DNA from: Candidatus Latescibacterota bacterium
GTDB lineage: Bacteria; Latescibacterota; UBA2968; UBA8231
Length of the DNA stretch: 64,000 nt
NCBI GenBank assembly: GCA_965248265.1
Contig: CBDFJF010000001.1
Span: 64,001-128,000 of the forward strand
Reading direction: 5' to 3'
Of this stretch, positions 59,309 through 64,000 are shown in pieces; within the stretch, counting starts at the first letter, position 1, and every line of letters starts with the position of its first letter. The notes below the pieces were generated by a model, which saw only the letters and a program-made list of their open reading frames with translations, searched no databases and was not told the origin of the DNA. The position numbers were made by a program, and so were the translations under genes.

Positions 59309-60021
59309 AAAAGGTGCTCTTGCTCGGTGCATCGGGTCTGGTTGCTCCCAACATAACGGCTGGGCTCGAGCCCTACTATGACCTGCGCCTGGCCGATATC
59401 AAGCCGCATCCAGACAACAAACCGATAACGGAAGTAGATGTTCGGAATTACGATCAGGTGCTCGAGGCCGCCCGGGGGATGGATGCGATCATGAATTTCA
59501 CGGTTGTTCGTCCCCATGACCCGGTTCTGAGTTTTCACGTCAACACGTTAGGAGCTTTGCATGTGATGAAGGCGGCTGAAGCATTGGGTATCAAGAAGGT
59601 CGTACATTCGGGCCCGCAGTTGATCCGGATTCATTATGATCTGGATTTTGACGTGACGGATGTGCCACGGGCAGCGGGTGTAAGCTACTATGGATCGACC
59701 AAGATATTGTCGTATGAGATCTGTCGGATTTACGCCAGGACCTACGGCATCCAGACCATCTGTTTTACGTTCAATGGCCTGGGGGCCAATCCTACCGAAC
59801 AAGATTACGGAAAAGACTTCCCCCCATTCTTGATCATTTGGGAGGATTTACAACAGGCTTGCCGCCTGGCATTGGACATTGAAAAAGTCCCTGGTGATTA
59901 TCAGGATTTCAATATGACGAGCTTCGAAGGGCACGGAAAATACAATGCGGACAAGGCCCGGAGGATTTTGGGATTTGAGCCGTCACAACGTTGGGAAGAT
60001 TACTTCAAGCGGGAAACTTGA
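59305..60021 (+). CDS. NAD-dependent epimerase/dehydratase (uronate dehydrogenase-like)
   Basis: VLLLGASGLVA, YGSTK; ATGA overlap with the previous gene. Confidence 0.88.
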   Translation: MKKVLLLGASGLVAPNITAGLEPYYDLRLADIKPHPDNKPITEVDVRNYDQVLEAARGMDAIMNFTVVRPHDPVLSFHVNTLGALHVMKAAEALGIKKVVHSGPQLIRIHYDLDFDVTDVPRAAGVSYYGSTKILSYEICRIYARTYGIQTICFTFNGLGANPTEQDYGKDFPPFLIIWEDLQQACRLALDIEKVPGDYQDFNMTSFEGHGKYNADKARRILGFEPSQRWEDYFKRET

Positions 60022-60098
60022 TTTCAGGTCTCTGAGTAAATGGGTCAATCATCGACCAGCTTCGAGCAGGCATCTTGAGATTCGCGAGGAGCAGAGTA

Positions 60099-62168
60099 AT
60101 GGATGCGCCACTTGAGCGCGGCCGCTGGTTCAACCGACTTCTGAACGACCCGGAGTACGCGACACCCAATAGGGACGTTCGCAAAATGGACTCGCTCCTG
60201 GAGCGGATCGACGCCCTTTGTCCCCAGATCGTTCAAATTCCCGAATTGGGTCCCCTGTTCTACAGCGCCCCCTATCCGCCTCCACAGGAAGAACATCACT
60301 ACTCGAAGGAAGAGATTCATGAGCATCTGGAGCGGTGGCGCCGGTGCATTCAACAGATCCACCAGCGTGGTGCCAAGGCGGTAGGGGTCTTCAGCTTCTG
60401 TTACCATTTCGGGGACCTGAATCGCAGGTTGGGTTGGTTCGAATTCTGGGACAAGCTGTGGGATGAGGAACTCCTTGGACCCCAACCGGACGTAGATCCC
60501 ACGACGCTCTTCCAGCGCAGCCAGAACGGCCAGCCGATCGAATTGAACAAGGAGGAAATGCCGGGGAATGTGTATTACGGCTGTCCCAACAACCCGGCCT
60601 GGCAGCAGACCCTGAAGGCGATGCTCAAGGTCGCCATCGACCTGGGGATAGACGGATTCATTGTCGGGTTCAATTTCCGCAACATCTGTCGGTGTCCGTT
60701 TTGTCGGGAGGAGCTGAAACAGTACTTCGGCAAGTACCCTCCTGAAACGCTGCTCGAGAAATTCGGGATCGCGGACCTGGAGGATCCCGCCTGGCTGAAT
60801 TTCACGGCCGACACGTCAAAACCCGGTGATCTCAGCTCCGGATATCCCTACAGGGTACCCCAGAGCCCATCGGAGTGGCTGGGGTTGGAGGCGAGACGAT
60901 GCCAGCATTACTGGGAAAAGACGCGTTTCGATGAAATCTTCATGGATTACGGTCGTTCACTGAAACCGGATCTAATCTTGTGCGAGTGGTTTCACTTCAA
61001 CTTTACGGCGCCCAACGAACGGTCTCTGCTGTCCCGTGATCTGTGGGCCAAGGGAGAGGACTACATCTGGTACTGTCATTTCCGGGGGCCGACCAACCTG
61101 CAAGAGGGCCACGTCGCGGACTCGACGTTAGGCGCGAAATACTGCCGCGCCATGGGCCGGGGAAAACCCTTTTTGGTGAATACCTATGATACCCGCTACC
61201 GCGTGGGCGTGGCCGACCTTGTCGCCAATGGCGGCATTGCGTGTGGGGTCCAGAAACCGCCGGTGCACGAGGACGATATAGAGGGACTGTCAACCTACTT
61301 TCGTTTCTTCCGCGAGCAGGAGCAATACTACCATCCCGCCACTTCGTACGCCGAGGTCGCGCTGGTCTATGCCGATCAGGCAATGCAGCTTGGAAACGCG
61401 CCTCTTCTTCGCACCCTGCAACGCCTGGGACGCCGGTTGATCGATGGTCACGTTCCCTTCGACATGGTGATCGATGCAGATCTCTCGCCCGAGCTCCTGA
61501 AACCATATCGTCTGCTCATCCTGCCCAACGTCAAGTACCTGAGCGCGAGACAGGTCGAACTCATCCGCGCCTTCGTCGAAGGCGGCGGCTTGTTAATTGC
61601 AACGGACGAGACTGCCTGCAGCGACCAGAACGGAACAACGCTTCCCAATTGCATGTTGGAGGAGGTGTATGGTACTCGTGGGAACGGTGAGATCTCGTTG
61701 AGTGAGTTTGGCAAAGGCGCATGTCTCTATGTCCCGGAGGTGCCGCAGGACGAACGGAATCCCGGCGGCGGATGCAAGGATGACATACCTCCGAGGCCGG
61801 CGGCGGATGCCTTTGGTCAGGATTTCCTTCGCCGGCTGCATGAGCTGGCCGAGCCACCGCTTTTGCAGACGACAGCCTCTTGGAAAGTGGCGATCACGCC
61901 CTACATCCAGGAGGCGCAAAGCCGCCTGGTCGTGCACATGGTCAACTATAACCGGGATGAGAGTGCTTCGAATGAGGTCCCGATCCCAGAGCGGGATATC
62001 CGGGTCTCGATCCGTCTTCCAGAGAGCAGCTCCGCTGCCGATGTTCGTCTGCTGTCACCCGACCGCGACGCTGAGGAGTCCCTGCCGTTCGAGCAGGACG
62101 GAATGTATGTCCGGTTCATGATGCCGGAGGTGCTGGCCTACAATCTGGCCGTCGTGGACATGCGATGA
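60099..62168 (+). CDS. Putative glycoside hydrolase-like protein (TIM barrel + GATase1-like trimerisation domain)
   Basis: GCPNNPAW, GIDG, CRCPFC, AEVALVY, HVPFD...YRLLILPNV.YLS...FVEGGG, VVHMVNY. Confidence 0.7.
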   Translation: MDAPLERGRWFNRLLNDPEYATPNRDVRKMDSLLERIDALCPQIVQIPELGPLFYSAPYPPPQEEHHYSKEEIHEHLERWRRCIQQIHQRGAKAVGVFSFCYHFGDLNRRLGWFEFWDKLWDEELLGPQPDVDPTTLFQRSQNGQPIELNKEEMPGNVYYGCPNNPAWQQTLKAMLKVAIDLGIDGFIVGFNFRNICRCPFCREELKQYFGKYPPETLLEKFGIADLEDPAWLNFTADTSKPGDLSSGYPYRVPQSPSEWLGLEARRCQHYWEKTRFDEIFMDYGRSLKPDLILCEWFHFNFTAPNERSLLSRDLWAKGEDYIWYCHFRGPTNLQEGHVADSTLGAKYCRAMGRGKPFLVNTYDTRYRVGVADLVANGGIACGVQKPPVHEDDIEGLSTYFRFFREQEQYYHPATSYAEVALVYADQAMQLGNAPLLRTLQRLGRRLIDGHVPFDMVIDADLSPELLKPYRLLILPNVKYLSARQVELIRAFVEGGGLLIATDETACSDQNGTTLPNCMLEEVYGTRGNGEISLSEFGKGACLYVPEVPQDERNPGGGCKDDIPPRPAADAFGQDFLRRLHELAEPPLLQTTASWKVAITPYIQEAQSRLVVHMVNYNRDESASNEVPIPERDIRVSIRLPESSSAADVRLLSPDRDAEESLPFEQDGMYVRFMMPEVLAYNLAVVDMR

Positions 62169-64000
62169 GTGCTTTGGCGCCTACTTTGCGCGCCCTCTTC
62201 GTGGGTACGGTGGGAGCTCTGGCCATCGGCGTCGGGGTGCCCTACGGCAACATGGTAATGAGCGGCTCCCGCCTTGCTTCCTATTTCAACACTCCAGCCG
62301 CCATCATCCTGTTCTTTTTCCTCGTCTTGTTTGTCAACTCCGCGTTGGGGCTGATTCGCCGCACCTGGAGGCTGAACCACGCCGAACTGGCCTTGGTCTA
62401 TGTGATGTGGATCGTCGCCACCGCCATCCCCGAAAAGGGATTGGTCTCTTTTCTGCTGCCGGACATCACCAGTGTCATCTACTATGCCACTCCCGAGAAC
62501 AATTGGGACGAAACGCTTCGTCCGTTTATTCCCAACTGGATAATCCCCCACCACGACTTCGTTCGCATCCAGCACTTTTACGAAGGGGCTCCGGCGGGCC
62601 GGGGTGTGCCCTGGATGCTATGGCTGCCGCCCCTGGCCTACTGGGTTTCCTTTGTCCTGGCTCTCTACCTGGCCATGATCTCCATCATGGTCATCCTGCG
62701 CAAACAGTGGATCGAAAACGAACGCCTCTCCTTTCCGCTTGCTCAGCTCCCGGTAGCCATGATCCAGGAGGACGACGGCGGGGAAAGCCTCATCCGGCCT
62801 TTCTTCAAGAGCTGGGTCATGTGGCTCGGTTTCGCCGTCCCTGCCGTCCTCCAGAGCATCAACGGGCTCCATCACTATTTCGCCGCCATTCCACGGGTCG
62901 ACATAGGCACCGTCGTTGGCCTGTTCGGTAACAGCGTACACCTGGAGCTCTACCTGAGTTTTCAGCTCCTCGGTTTCTCCTATTTCATCAAGCCCAGTGT
63001 CGCGATCGCCCTGTGCTTTTTCGGACTTCTCAACATCATCCAACGGGGAGTCTTGCTCATGTTCGGCTTCGGCGCGATGGATCCAGTCCTCGGCGTTTTC
63101 AGCTCCTACTCCAGTCCGATCATCGTCCATCAGGGATTTGGCGCTATGCTGGTGCTGGTGCTTTTCAGTCTCTGGACGGCGCGAGGCCATCTGCGCCAGG
63201 TATTCAGAAAGGCCTTCAAGGGGGACGAATCGGTCGATGACTCGGCAGAGATCCTCTCCTACCGAGCCGCCGTCTTCATGTTCCTGGGCAGCCTGACCCT
63301 GATGGGTGTATGGCTGTGGCAATCGGGGTTGCCTGGTTGGATCGTGCCGATCTACCTCTTCCTCGCCTTCGTCCTCTTCATCGGCATTACCCGGATCGTC
63401 TCAGAAGGCGGATTGGTCTTCGTCTTCGCGCCGATGATCGCCTCCGATTTCGTGGCAGCCAATTTCGGCACCCGCGCGTTGGGAGCTTCCGGAATCATCT
63501 CCCTCGCCTTCACCTACACGTGGGCAAGCGACATTCTCACTTTTGTGATGGCCTCCTGTGCCAACGGGCTCAAAGTGGTGGAAGAAACCGTTCAAAAAGG
63601 GCGGCGACTCATCTTCTGGAGCATGCTGATCGCCATCGTCGTCACCCTTTTCAGCTCCATCTACACCGTCCTTGATCTGGCCTATCGCTACGGCGGCGTC
63701 AATACCGACTGGGCTCATTTCGTCGAGCACGCCAACTATCCCTTTGACAACGCCGCCGAGCGGATGAAGTCTCTCCAGGGGCCCAATTGGGCGAACTGGG
63801 GCTATACCTCCATCGGCGTCATCATCATGACCCTGCTTATGATAGCCCACCAGCGTTTCGCCTGGTGGCCCCTCCACCCCCTGGGTTTTCCCATCAGCGG
63901 AGTGTCCACCTATATCCTGTTCAGCGTCTTCCTGGCCTGGCTGATCAAGACCCTCGTGTTGAAATACGGCGGGCCCGGCCTCTACGTGAAGACGCGCCCC
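62165..64000 (+). CDS. Polytopic membrane protein, DUF6785/DUF6784 type (putative transporter); runs off window
   Basis: Manual translation (absent from the ORF track because there is no stop): MSALAPTLRALFVG...AELALVY...YYATPENNW...LRKQWIENERLSFPLAQLP...RFAWWPLHPLGF. Confidence 0.85.
   Translation, partial: MSALAPTLRALFVGTVGALAIGVGVPYGNMVMSGSRLASYFNTPAAIILFFFLVLFVNSALGLIRRTWRLNHAELALVYVMWIVATAIPEKGLVSFLLPDITSVIYYATPENNWDETLRPFIPNWIIPHHDFVRIQHFYEGAPAGRGVPWMLWLPPLAYWVSFVLALYLAMISIMVILRKQWIENERLSFPLAQLPVAMIQEDDGGESLIRPFFKSWVMWLGFAVPAVLQSINGLHHYFAAIPRVDIGTVVGLFGNSVHLELYLSFQLLGFSYFIKPSVAIALCFFGLLNIIQRGVLLMFGFGAMDPVLGVFSSYSSPIIVHQGFGAMLVLVLFSLWTARGHLRQVFRKAFKGDESVDDSAEILSYRAAVFMFLGSLTLMGVWLWQSGLPGWIVPIYLFLAFVLFIGITRIVSEGGLVFVFAPMIASDFVAANFGTRALGASGIISLAFTYTWASDILTFVMASCANGLKVVEETVQKGRRLIFWSMLIAIVVTLFSSIYTVLDLAYRYGGVNTDWAHFVEHANYPFDNAAERMKSLQGPNWANWGYTSIGVIIMTLLMIAHQRFAWWPLHPLGFPISGVSTYILFSVFLAWLIKTLVLKYGGPGLYVKTRP

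Noticed and set aside
1-64000. tRNA, rRNA, IS elements, prophage, defence systems
   Set aside because: No cloverleaf, rRNA, transposase, integrase, phage structural or known defence motifs recognised by eye. A covariance-model scan would be needed to exclude small RNAs.

Overview
GC-rich bacterial chromosomal window with about 55 intact CDSs and several pseudogene relics. I found no rRNA, tRNA, CRISPR array, integrase or transposase. A FlgD-Ig C-terminal domain (PNYPNPFN), a C-terminal SWGxVK motif, two PhyH and two Gfo/Idh/MocA paralogs and a DUF6785-type membrane protein suggest an FCB candidate-phylum organism such as Latescibacterota (inference). Main blocks in order: a pseudo-caspase plus giant PKD lipoprotein operon; a LolA-like/ABC/outer-membrane operon; a divergent sigma54 locus; a FliF ring-domain-only protein; a PhyH/TPP/aminotransferase cluster; a SoxR-like MerR unit; a stretch of internally deleted gene relics; metal and oxidative-stress genes (dmeF, nudC, nth, chrA, yaaA, His/Met-rich EF-hand protein); a sigma28-type promoter in front of a small orphan ORF; an acoABCX-like operon; a non-canonical GH32; and a transglutaminase/epimerase/GH-like/DUF6785 cluster. 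The best candidate for an undescribed system is the sigma54 locus at 10962-17350. It has two mirror-image -24/-12 promoters, each with an IHF-like site, flanking helically phased TGCG direct-repeat arrays. Next to them lies an enhancer-binding protein with an unusual sensor domain and a winged-helix tail. All assignments come from reading motifs by eye; no database searches were run.
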